Program-made: the position numbers and the translations under genes
The notes under the pieces: generated by a model
Seen by the model: only the letters and a program-made list of their open reading frames with translations
Database searches by the model: none
Told to the model about the DNA's origin: nothing
From: Candidatus Moraniibacteriota bacterium
Lineage (GTDB): Bacteria > Patescibacteriota > Minisyncoccia > Moranbacterales > GWC2-37-73
Direction of reading: 5' to 3'
DNA length: 54,572 bases
NCBI GenBank assembly: GCA_003510895.1
Contig: DOKE01000007.1
Location: 7,887 to 62,458, forward strand
Shown: positions 47,009 through 54,572 of the stretch, piece after piece
How positions within the stretch are numbered: position 1 is the first letter of the stretch
Layout: each line of letters opens with the position of its first letter

Positions 47009-47030
47009 TGAAAAACATTTCTGATTAATC

Positions 47031-48401
47031 TTATTTTTCCCCTAAAATAAAATCTTGATTCAATTTGAAATCCAATTTCTTTTCCGACCCGTCTCTGAAT
47101 TTTATTTGAATATCAACAGGAACATCATTTAGACCCGCTTGCTTTTGAATTTTCAGATCATATTCTCCATTTTTAATTTCTTCCGGCAATGTATACACAA
47201 GCTTGATTGTTTTGGAAGTTCCCAACGGGACTTTGACAATCGCTCCAAAATACTTCCGTTCCAATTCTTCTCCAAATCTCGGATTAGGAAAATTTTCCGA
47301 ATCAACTAACCAAGATCCTTTCGGAACATACACGCGCAAATAGGACAAATAGTCTTTGGTCATAAAATCTTTTTGTTTGGCGGTGTGATTATAGGTTATT
47401 TCCAAAGTTACCTCCGGTTTTTCCTTGCTTAAATCAACAGAATATTTAAACGAACGCTGAACATAATAGTCGCTCTTGAAAGCTCCCAAATTAGCATCGA
47501 CTGTCATCAAATAGTCTCTTGTCCATTGTTGATCGACTGCTCCCGTCCAATTAGATTCGCGCGCAATATTTTGAAGCTCACTATCAGAAAAATAAAATTG
47601 AATATCTTTTGTTTTCAAATCGTTTAAAATAGTTTTAGCCAATTCCATCTTTTTGCTTATCGAAAGATTTTCCACTTTATTCTTAATTTCCTCCGCCATT
47701 TCTTTTAGAATAAGTTTTCTTTCTCCTCGATCTATTCCCTGTTGCTCAAAAGCTTTTTCCACTTGATATTCCAACATCAAAACAGCATTATCGGCGTCAT
47801 ACACTCCCGGATAATCCGGCAGTTTGATTGGACCAACCACCTTCAACATTGAAACAAGAACATTGGTTGTGATCCCGATAACTCCATTAAATTTTTCCTG
47901 ACCTCCGCCCAGGTGATAAAATTCCTCCGCTTTCTTGGCATTAATTTCGAAATCCGGAGAATAATTGGAATCGCGCAATTTCCAAGACTTGATTCGCAGA
48001 GTTTCTTTCATAGGATATGGCGGTTCCACAGTGTCCGGAATACGAGCGTCAAAATTTGAAAGGTCGTGAGTTTCAACTGAAAGCGCTTCTCCGTCTTTCA
48101 TTTTCAAAATTCCAAAAGCGCCAATGAAACCTCCGCCCGGTCTTATCTCCATATTGTTTTGGAAAAGCAACAAAAAAGTTTTTTCCTGTCCGTCTTTCTT
48201 CAAAAAATAACTGGAAATTTTGGCAGCATTTTTATATTCATCAGTATTTTCACTATCAAAAGGAAGAAATTCCAAAACAGGAGCTATGACCGAAGAAATT
48301 TTCTCTCTGTCAATTTGCAAATATTCATACCAACCAAAAAGAAATATGGCTGACGTCGTCCAAAACACAATCCAAAATTTTGCGCTATACTTCTTGGCCA
48401 T
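47031..48401 (-). CDS. DUF4012 domain-containing membrane-anchored protein
   Basis: N-terminal TM, then MEIRPGGGFIGAFGILKMKDGE, the DUF4012 hallmark as I recall it. The ATG at 48401 (after a GGTGA) is preferred over 48419, which would overlap the upstream stop. Confidence 0.7.
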   Translation of the reverse strand: MAKKYSAKFWIVFWTTSAIFLFGWYEYLQIDREKISSVIAPVLEFLPFDSENTDEYKNAAKISSYFLKKDGQEKTFLLLFQNNMEIRPGGGFIGAFGILKMKDGEALSVETHDLSNFDARIPDTVEPPYPMKETLRIKSWKLRDSNYSPDFEINAKKAEEFYHLGGGQEKFNGVIGITTNVLVSMLKVVGPIKLPDYPGVYDADNAVLMLEYQVEKAFEQQGIDRGERKLILKEMAEEIKNKVENLSISKKMELAKTILNDLKTKDIQFYFSDSELQNIARESNWTGAVDQQWTRDYLMTVDANLGAFKSDYYVQRSFKYSVDLSKEKPEVTLEITYNHTAKQKDFMTKDYLSYLRVYVPKGSWLVDSENFPNPRFGEELERKYFGAIVKVPLGTSKTIKLVYTLPEEIKNGEYDLKIQKQAGLNDVPVDIQIKFRDGSEKKLDFKLNQDFILGEK

Positions 48402-48405
48402 AAAA

Positions 48406-49371
48406 TTACATATCACCATTAAGAAGCTTATTCAATCTGGCTTTTAATTCTTCCTGCGTAGGTTCTTCCTTTTTCATTTCAATGACATCTTTTTCCTGAA
48501 TTTGCTTTTCTTTTTTTATTTCAGTTTCTTCAAAAAAAATCACATCGTCAGCTACGGGAAGATTCTCGGGAGCAGAAGATTTTTTAATGGAATCTTTCGG
48601 CATTTCGGGAAAATTAGGATAAACATCTTCAAAATCATACGGCATATCATATTTAAATTCGTCATTTTTTTCTTTTTCAATTTCAATATGCTGTTTTTGT
48701 TCGAATTTTTTTCGCAATCCCCTTATCGGACTGGATTTCAAAACTGCCCCGCTTGGTCGAACAATTTTCTCTATCAACTCCAACGCAAAATTCAAAAGGA
48801 AAGAAAAAACAAATCCGATTATCAAAGAAGCTATTGCTATCCAACCCCAATTCCTAAGAACAACTGAAACAATTGGTCCTTCCGCAATACTGATTTCTAG
48901 ATCAGTTTTTATATTATAAAATTTACTCACTGTTCCAAAAAGAGTATGCGCTGTTTTTGCAGCCATAATTTCCGCTTGTCCGGATTTTTTTGCCAAAACG
49001 CTGACGTTAATCAATGTCCCTTTTTCAGAATTATCTTTGGAAACTTTCACGATATCATTCCAATTATTTTTTCTTTTGTCAGAATTTTGTCCGGAAAAAT
49101 TATCTTCTATCTCCGGATTGAATTTAATCAGGTTGTCATAAAAAGAAAGCATTTGCGGAAATTCCATTATGTTTTCCATCACATCCTTGGATTGTTGAGC
49201 TATTATTTCGTTTTTTGGAATAACAATAATTGCAACATCCGCGCGATATTGCTTGAAAGCATCCAATAAAATAAGCAAAGCGGTTATGGAAAAAATAATT
49301 CCCACAACAAAAACTCTCGCCAAAAAACGCGTATCCTTAAAAAATTTATTTTTTTCTTTTTGATTATTCAT
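48406..49371 (-). CDS. Bitopic membrane protein, possibly a Wzz-like chain-length determinant
   Basis: Two TM helices flank a ~140-aa extracytoplasmic segment beginning YRADVAIIVIPKNE. The C-terminal tail is acidic and Lys-rich. The functional call is weak. Confidence 0.35.
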   Translation of the reverse strand: MNNQKEKNKFFKDTRFLARVFVVGIIFSITALLILLDAFKQYRADVAIIVIPKNEIIAQQSKDVMENIMEFPQMLSFYDNLIKFNPEIEDNFSGQNSDKRKNNWNDIVKVSKDNSEKGTLINVSVLAKKSGQAEIMAAKTAHTLFGTVSKFYNIKTDLEISIAEGPIVSVVLRNWGWIAIASLIIGFVFSFLLNFALELIEKIVRPSGAVLKSSPIRGLRKKFEQKQHIEIEKEKNDEFKYDMPYDFEDVYPNFPEMPKDSIKKSSAPENLPVADDVIFFEETEIKKEKQIQEKDVIEMKKEEPTQEELKARLNKLLNGDM

Positions 49372-50507
49372 TATTTCTCTTTCTGCAAAATTATTTCCCT
49401 ATACAAATTCAATGTTTTTTCAGCAATAGAATCCCAACTGTATTCATTCCTAATTCTTTCCACGGCGCAACTGCCTAGTCTCTCCACTTCTTCCGGTTTA
49501 TTCAAAAGATAGGCCAATTTGTCTCTCAAATCAGTAACACTTTTATTTTTAAAAGAATATCCGCAATCACTCACCGGTTCCAAATTTTCTTTGATATCAC
49601 TCACTAGAGGACAAATGCCATATCCCATCGCTTCCAAGAGAGCGATTGACAATCCTTCTGATTCAGATGGTTGAACAAAAAGATAGGAATGTGAAAAAAG
49701 TTGTTCAAGAACTTCGTTGGATTGCTTTCCTGTAAAAATTATATTTTCTCTTTTTTCACTTATAGTGCGAAGATATTTAACATAATCATCTGTATGAAAA
49801 CCCTCTCCTGTTATCACAAGCTTGAAGTTATTTGCCAATTTGCTCGTATCTTCCAATTGCTTGAAAGCTTCAATGAGATAGTGAACTCCTTTGTGCTTGA
49901 TTAATCTGCCCACAAACAAAATATATTTTTTATCCTTAAGCCCCCATTGAGAAATCAAATTGGTTGCCTCTGCATATTTTATATCCGCTCCATTAGGAAT
50001 AACTGTCAATCTTTTGCCATATTTTTCTTTTGCCAAATCCGCCAAAGATTTGCTGACTGCAATAGTTTTATCAGGAATAATGCAAGTCATATATTCTCCC
50101 GCCTTCAAAAACAAACACGCAAACCATCCCCATTTTTGGTGATAATAATCTTGGCAATGAAAAGTCGAAACCAAAGAAACGCTCGGTTTGAAAAATTTGA
50201 TTATCCAACTCAAAAAACTCGGTCCTATGCCATGATAGTGAATAACGTCATAGTCAGAAAAAAGCGCGTGTATCGTGGAAACAAATGTGTGAGAAATTGC
50301 ATCCAGATGCTTAGTGTGAATAGAAGGCAAATGAATCAAAACAATTTTTTTGTATTTTTTGAGATTTTTGTCTGTATAATTATCACGCACATAGACAAAA
50401 ACATTATGACCGGCTTCGGCCATTCTTATTGAAATCTCTTCGACATGTTTTTCAATGCCTCCTGAGACAGCTGGTATTCCTTTTTGTCCTATCAGCGCTA
50501 TTTTCAT
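49371..50507 (-). CDS. Glycosyltransferase family 4
   Basis: MKIALIGQKGIPAVSGGIEKHV N-terminus and PSESEGLSIALLEAM motif. Its stop overlaps the downstream start (TAATG). Confidence 0.85.
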   Translation of the reverse strand: MKIALIGQKGIPAVSGGIEKHVEEISIRMAEAGHNVFVYVRDNYTDKNLKKYKKIVLIHLPSIHTKHLDAISHTFVSTIHALFSDYDVIHYHGIGPSFLSWIIKFFKPSVSLVSTFHCQDYYHQKWGWFACLFLKAGEYMTCIIPDKTIAVSKSLADLAKEKYGKRLTVIPNGADIKYAEATNLISQWGLKDKKYILFVGRLIKHKGVHYLIEAFKQLEDTSKLANNFKLVITGEGFHTDDYVKYLRTISEKRENIIFTGKQSNEVLEQLFSHSYLFVQPSESEGLSIALLEAMGYGICPLVSDIKENLEPVSDCGYSFKNKSVTDLRDKLAYLLNKPEEVERLGSCAVERIRNEYSWDSIAEKTLNLYREIILQKEK

Positions 50508-50535
50508 ACAAGTTTAAATTAATAAAACAATCTTC

Positions 50536-51498
50536 CTATTGGCGAACAATAATAACATCGGATACATCTTTCGATTTATTCTCAAAAAAAGTATTTTTGT
50601 TGTCAAAAGTAAATCCATCCCAGGCAGAACTGGTTAATAGTGATTTTTGAACTCTGGCAATTCCATACTTTTCATTCTCGGCTATTGTTGATTTGGAAAT
50701 ATCAACTCTTCCAGCATTTCCAAAATGATCCACTTCCATTCCACTTTTGTCATTATCGCGAATAGAATTGTCTTTCAACCAAATATTGGAATTATCCAGT
50801 GTAAATTTAAATCCCACTCCATCGTTGTCATTGATTCGATTGTCTTCAATCCACGCGGAAGAACCTTCTGCCAATTCCACTCCGTCTCTGTCATTGCCGT
50901 AGATATTATTTTCCATAAGAACAACTCTTCTGGTTTCAGAATAAATTCCATTCCAACCGTTTTCTCTTATTACATTTTCAGTCACGCTGACCGGATGAGC
51001 TTTTGAAACGGATCCTTTCTCGATTTTTATTCCGTCTCTTTTATTTTTTTCTATTACGCAATCAATTATGGAAACATCGTCATCATTTTTTTCCACCTTA
51101 ATTCCAACTTTTCCATTTTTGATTGTAACCTTATTTATCTTAGTATTCTCATTCATTTCCACAACAGGATCATCGTCGTTTTTTGCTTTGATGATAACTT
51201 CGTCTCTATCCGCTCCATAAATTTTTACCCCTTTCGGTATTTCAATGTTTTCTTTGTATTCTCCATTAGCCACAAACAATTTGTCATTCTTCTTAGCTTT
51301 TCTCAGCGCGGAAGAAATGGTTCGATATGGATTTTCAGAACTTCCATCTTCCACTCCGGTAGCTTTGGCGTTAACATAAATTTCTCTTTCATTTTTAGCG
51401 AGAGAAAGAAACGGAAAAACAAACACTCCCGCCAAAAGCAGATTAAACGTCAATATTGCCCCTATATAAAGGCTTTTTTTCGATGTTGAGTTATTCAT
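50536..51498 (-). CDS. Secreted right-handed parallel beta-helix repeat protein (pectin-lyase fold/NosD-like)
   Basis: Signal/TM anchor, then repeated ~22-aa units of the type I.eN.i..N..dGI (e.g. NNIYGNDRDGVEL, DNRINDNDGVGFKF, DNSIRDNDKSGMEV). Confidence 0.7.
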   Translation of the reverse strand: MNNSTSKKSLYIGAILTFNLLLAGVFVFPFLSLAKNEREIYVNAKATGVEDGSSENPYRTISSALRKAKKNDKLFVANGEYKENIEIPKGVKIYGADRDEVIIKAKNDDDPVVEMNENTKINKVTIKNGKVGIKVEKNDDDVSIIDCVIEKNKRDGIKIEKGSVSKAHPVSVTENVIRENGWNGIYSETRRVVLMENNIYGNDRDGVELAEGSSAWIEDNRINDNDGVGFKFTLDNSNIWLKDNSIRDNDKSGMEVDHFGNAGRVDISKSTIAENEKYGIARVQKSLLTSSAWDGFTFDNKNTFFENKSKDVSDVIIVRQ

Positions 51499-51551
51499 AG
51501 TTTATAAAAAATAAATAAATTATTAGGACATAGTAGAATATCAGGAAACGG

Positions 51552-52778
51552 CTATTTTGTCAACAATATTTCAATTTCAAAAATTTTTTCCAATTTGCCA
51601 AAATAAGCTTCTTTTCCATATATCTGCCGAGCTGATTTTTTTATTTTTTCGCAATCAAAATTCATTCTTCCTTCAGAGAAATTTTCCAACGCTTTTTTTA
51701 GTTCATTTTTTTTCTCCGCCAAAAATCCATTCACTTCATTTTCCACAATTTCTTGATAGGCTCCGGATTTAAAACCAAAAAAAGGTTTTCCAAAACTCAA
51801 TCCTTCCAACACAATAAGCCCGAAAGTTTCGGGCAGCCGCGAACCTGAAATGAGACAGTGAGATTTTTTTATTACGTTATTAAGCTGGGAACGATTAAGA
51901 AAGCCCAGATATTTGGTGTTAGAAAAATTTTCCCATTGAAAATCATCTTCCAGACCGCCAGCAACACAAAGCTCCATTCCTTTCATATTTTTGAAAATAT
52001 CCACCAAATCGTTCACCCCCTTGTTTTTCGATAGCGCTCCAATATACAAAGCATACGGTTTTTTATACGTTTCCTCTTTTTTCTCTGATTTTTTTTCATC
52101 GCATATCAAATCATTTTCAAAAATGAAATGAGGGAGAACTTCTATTTTTTCTTCCCCAATCCCTCGTTCAACCAGAATATTTTTCACAAATTCGCTGGGA
52201 ACAATGTACTTGTCAATATTTTTTCTATACGTTCCCAGCACATTGTACCAATACGCTTCCAGCATTGCCAAAAAACTTTTGACATAAGAATTTTTCACGC
52301 ATTTATCCAAAAAGCACTGATAAAATTTTCCATCTTTGCAACGATCATAAAACTCTCCATTCAAAAACATACTATGATTGGGATTTATGAGTTTGAAATC
52401 ATGCACTGTCATCACAATCGGGATGTTTCTTTTTTTGATTTGAAAAAGAATGGTTGGAGAAAGTTGATGATAGATATTGTGAATATGAACAACATCCGGC
52501 TGAAAATCATCCAGCAATTTATTTATCTTCTTTCTTGCCTCCCAGGAATAAAACATTCTCAACGCTCCTTTAATTTTTTCCCACAAACCATATTCCGAAG
52601 TATATCCCGCGGAAGAAAGAAAATATTTATTCCAAGGACTTTCAATATTTTTGCTGTGATGCATAGAAAAAACAGCCACTTGGTTGCCCCTGTTTCTGAG
52701 AATTTTAATCACATCCAAAAAATGTCTTTCGGCTCCCCTTTTTGGATAATAATATTTATTGATTTCTAAAATTTTCAT
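51552..52778 (-). CDS. Glycosyltransferase family 4
   Basis: MKILEINKYYYPKRGAERHF N-terminus and C-terminal SRLPETFGLIVLEGL motif. Confidence 0.8.
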   Translation of the reverse strand: MKILEINKYYYPKRGAERHFLDVIKILRNRGNQVAVFSMHHSKNIESPWNKYFLSSAGYTSEYGLWEKIKGALRMFYSWEARKKINKLLDDFQPDVVHIHNIYHQLSPTILFQIKKRNIPIVMTVHDFKLINPNHSMFLNGEFYDRCKDGKFYQCFLDKCVKNSYVKSFLAMLEAYWYNVLGTYRKNIDKYIVPSEFVKNILVERGIGEEKIEVLPHFIFENDLICDEKKSEKKEETYKKPYALYIGALSKNKGVNDLVDIFKNMKGMELCVAGGLEDDFQWENFSNTKYLGFLNRSQLNNVIKKSHCLISGSRLPETFGLIVLEGLSFGKPFFGFKSGAYQEIVENEVNGFLAEKKNELKKALENFSEGRMNFDCEKIKKSARQIYGKEAYFGKLEKIFEIEILLTK

Positions 52779-52783
52779 ATATT

Positions 52784-54214
52784 TTATACTTCTTCATTTT
52801 TATAGCTAAGGCTTCGCATCAATCCTAAATTTATCCAGAAAAATATTCCCAGCAAATTCGTTTCCAAATAGGGCTGAAACATAAAAGCCACCAATTGCAA
52901 AGCCAAAATTCCAAGCACTGTAATTCGCTCCACATAGAACTCATCTTTGTCGCGAATTTTTCGAAAAATATTTTTTGCCAACACCCCAATCGGAATAAAC
53001 AAAAACGCCACGCCCAAAACCCCCATCTGAACCAAGAGAACCAAGAAAGAATTGTGAACATTTCTCATTTCAACAAAATTTCGATAAGTACCTATTTCCA
53101 CAGAAAGATATTTTCCCAATCCTGTTCCAAAAACTAAACTGTCTTTGTATTTTTTCAAGGCCTCTTGCCAAACAACATTTCGCCAAAAAATACTTTCGTC
53201 ATCAGAATCAGCAATAGATGTTACCCGATGGCTAACAACCCCGGTAACTTCCTGAATTCTTTTATTCAAATCCGAATTGGGAAAAAGAAAAGAAAAATAC
53301 AAAATCGGAATTGACGCTATGAAAAGTATCGCCACATAAGGAATAATAATATTTTTTATATTTTTTCTAAACTCATTTGCCAATAATATTAGCACCGTCA
53401 AAAAAGCCGCTCCTAATGCTATCCAAAGATGTCGCATCATAGAACCAACAATTCCAACTGCCCAAAAACAAAGCAAAGCAATAAAAATTTTCGATTCATT
53501 GTCATTTTTTCTGGCTAAGATATAAACAAAAGCAAACACAGAAAGCATAGAAAGATAATAGGAATGAGTAAACGCCAAAATACGCACTCCTTCTGTGGAA
53601 AGCGGCGTGTATTCAGACCACAAACCCTGTCCGCTGGAAATTCCATAAATCAGAAAACCTAAAATACACAATCCTCCAAAAACAGCCAGCTTGGCAAAAT
53701 TTTCAAAATCTTTTTTAGTTTTTATCAGCAAGAATGTTACAAAATATAAAATTGCGTAGAGCGCGTAATTTTTAGCGCTGCTAAAAGAAAGCGCTTTATC
53801 TGCTTGCAAAACAAACATATCAAAAACTCCATATATCGCGCAAACAATAATAAATCCCCAAATAAAATAATCCGCTTTCTTGAAAACAATTTCCAATTTT
53901 CCTCGCAAAAATTGAAAAACAATTCCAAAAACTACAGCCGTCAAAAGAATATCCAAAGGATAAAGTTTATATTCATTTCTTCCCATAACTATCGGCGCCA
54001 ACGTGAAAAATCTTTCAAAAATAAATGTCAGAAAAACAATAGCGAAAAATCCGCTTTGAGGATATAAAAAGGCAATCAAAACAGCCGGCACAATTGCCAA
54101 AATATACACCGGCAAAGAAAATCCCGCCAAAATATTAGCCAGCGCAAAAATTGAAACAAATAATGTGACAAAAATTGCCCCAATAATTTCCCTATTTCTA
54201 AATAAATCTCGCAT
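52784..54214 (-). CDS. O-antigen ligase/polymerase-like polytopic membrane protein
   Basis: About 12 TM helices plus an extracytoplasmic loop (residues ~310-370). Architecture is similar to 3872-5476. Lies within a GT cluster. Confidence 0.55.
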   Translation of the reverse strand: MRDLFRNREIIGAIFVTLFVSIFALANILAGFSLPVYILAIVPAVLIAFLYPQSGFFAIVFLTFIFERFFTLAPIVMGRNEYKLYPLDILLTAVVFGIVFQFLRGKLEIVFKKADYFIWGFIIVCAIYGVFDMFVLQADKALSFSSAKNYALYAILYFVTFLLIKTKKDFENFAKLAVFGGLCILGFLIYGISSGQGLWSEYTPLSTEGVRILAFTHSYYLSMLSVFAFVYILARKNDNESKIFIALLCFWAVGIVGSMMRHLWIALGAAFLTVLILLANEFRKNIKNIIIPYVAILFIASIPILYFSFLFPNSDLNKRIQEVTGVVSHRVTSIADSDDESIFWRNVVWQEALKKYKDSLVFGTGLGKYLSVEIGTYRNFVEMRNVHNSFLVLLVQMGVLGVAFLFIPIGVLAKNIFRKIRDKDEFYVERITVLGILALQLVAFMFQPYLETNLLGIFFWINLGLMRSLSYKNEEV

Positions 54215-54266
54215 AGCTTGTTTTTAGACTCTATTTATCTTAACCGTCTATTATAGCATATTTTAG

Positions 54267-54307
54267 AAAAAAAAGCAAGCCCCAGAAGAATTATCCCCTG
54301 AGGCTTG
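54267..54307 (-). terminator. Rho-independent terminator after the small ORF at 54330-54524
   Basis: Stem CAAGCCCCAG (54276-54285) / CTGAGGCTTG (54298-54307) with one mismatch. On the minus strand it is followed by 8 U (plus-strand A-run 54267-54274). Confidence 0.7.
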
Positions 54308-54329
54308 TGTTACGCGGCTTTTTTATTTT

Positions 54330-54524
54330 TTAGGAAGTGCCGCCACCTCCTTTTCCGATGCCAGTAATATCATACGACTTTCTTCCTCCACCTCTTCTCA
54401 TAAGAAGACCAAGGAGAATAAGCGCAGCCACCGCAAGAAGCCAGAATTCCCACTTCTTGTACCAGGGCTTACTAATTATCTCCAGCACCTGTCTGGAAGC
54501 TTCTTTGGCTTCAAACGATGCCAT
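54330..54524 (-). CDS. Small single-TM hypothetical protein with a Gly/Arg-rich C-terminus
   Basis: 64-aa ORF with TM WEFWLLAVAALILLGLLM, followed by a good terminator. No family recognised, and it lies close to the window edge. Confidence 0.4.
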   Translation of the reverse strand: MASFEAKEASRQVLEIISKPWYKKWEFWLLAVAALILLGLLMRRGGGRKSYDITGIGKGGGGTS

Positions 54525-54572
54525 CTTTGTTTCCTCGGTAACCCTGAAAATCGTGTCGCCTGGCTTTTCAGG

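Noticed and set aside
52128-52769. 213-aa plus-strand ORF
   Set aside because: Antisense to the GT4 gene at 51552-52778, with low-complexity translation. The antisense ORFs at 49947-50432, 40867-41265, 6568-6966 and 16968-17426 are rejected for the same reason.

Overview
This window is low-GC, densely packed and reads cleanly in the standard bacterial code, with no in-frame stops that would suggest recoding. The gene content and style fit a small-genome bacterium of the Patescibacteria/CPR type: DUF4012, an LCP protein, a sunset-domain protein, an archaeal-type UMP kinase, many GT4/GT2 enzymes, and L27 with a Lys-rich tail. That taxonomic call is inference only.

Layout:
- 65-8681: cell-envelope polysaccharide locus (GT2, nucleotide-sugar dehydrogenase, GT4, O-antigen-ligase-like protein, GT4, LCP, GT2).
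- 8699-18612: housekeeping genes (S41 peptidase, rhodanese-like protein, fmt-def, priA, thpR-like, WecB/TagA-family GT, gltX, coiled-coil/C39-like peptidase).
- 18613-19448: an unusual 836-bp gene-free, very AT-rich spacer between convergent genes.
- 19449-21442: Rrf2 regulator, cysteine desulfurase and IscU operon.
- 21778-31058: an accessory, defence-like island holding eight nucleic-acid-targeting genes and no integrase, transposase or tRNA.
- 31071-36159: two tandem paralogous secreted glycoside-hydrolase-like proteins that share a dockerin-like C-terminal tail.
- 36242-40043: pyrH, a sunset-domain protein, rpmA, pyrG and rplI.
- 41270-54214: a second envelope locus (galU, rfbA, glyA, rfbDBC, DUF4012, Wzz-like protein, GT4, beta-helix protein, GT4, O-antigen-ligase-like protein).

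The island genes are a minimal FtsK-like ATPase, a DUF2779 dual nuclease, a SIR2-like protein, a DUF262-HNH nuclease, an ABC/AAA_15 ATPase, an EcoRI-family m6A methyltransferase, a Cas4-like nuclease and a PolB-exo-like exonuclease. The best candidates for an undescribed system are two cassettes within it:
- 25359-28997: the translationally coupled methyltransferase, ABC ATPase and DUF262-HNH cassette.
- 21778-25227: the adjacent SIR2-like, DUF2779 nuclease and minimal FtsK-like ATPase cassette.

I found no rRNA, tRNA or CRISPR array. All domain calls come from motif recognition by eye, not from database searches.
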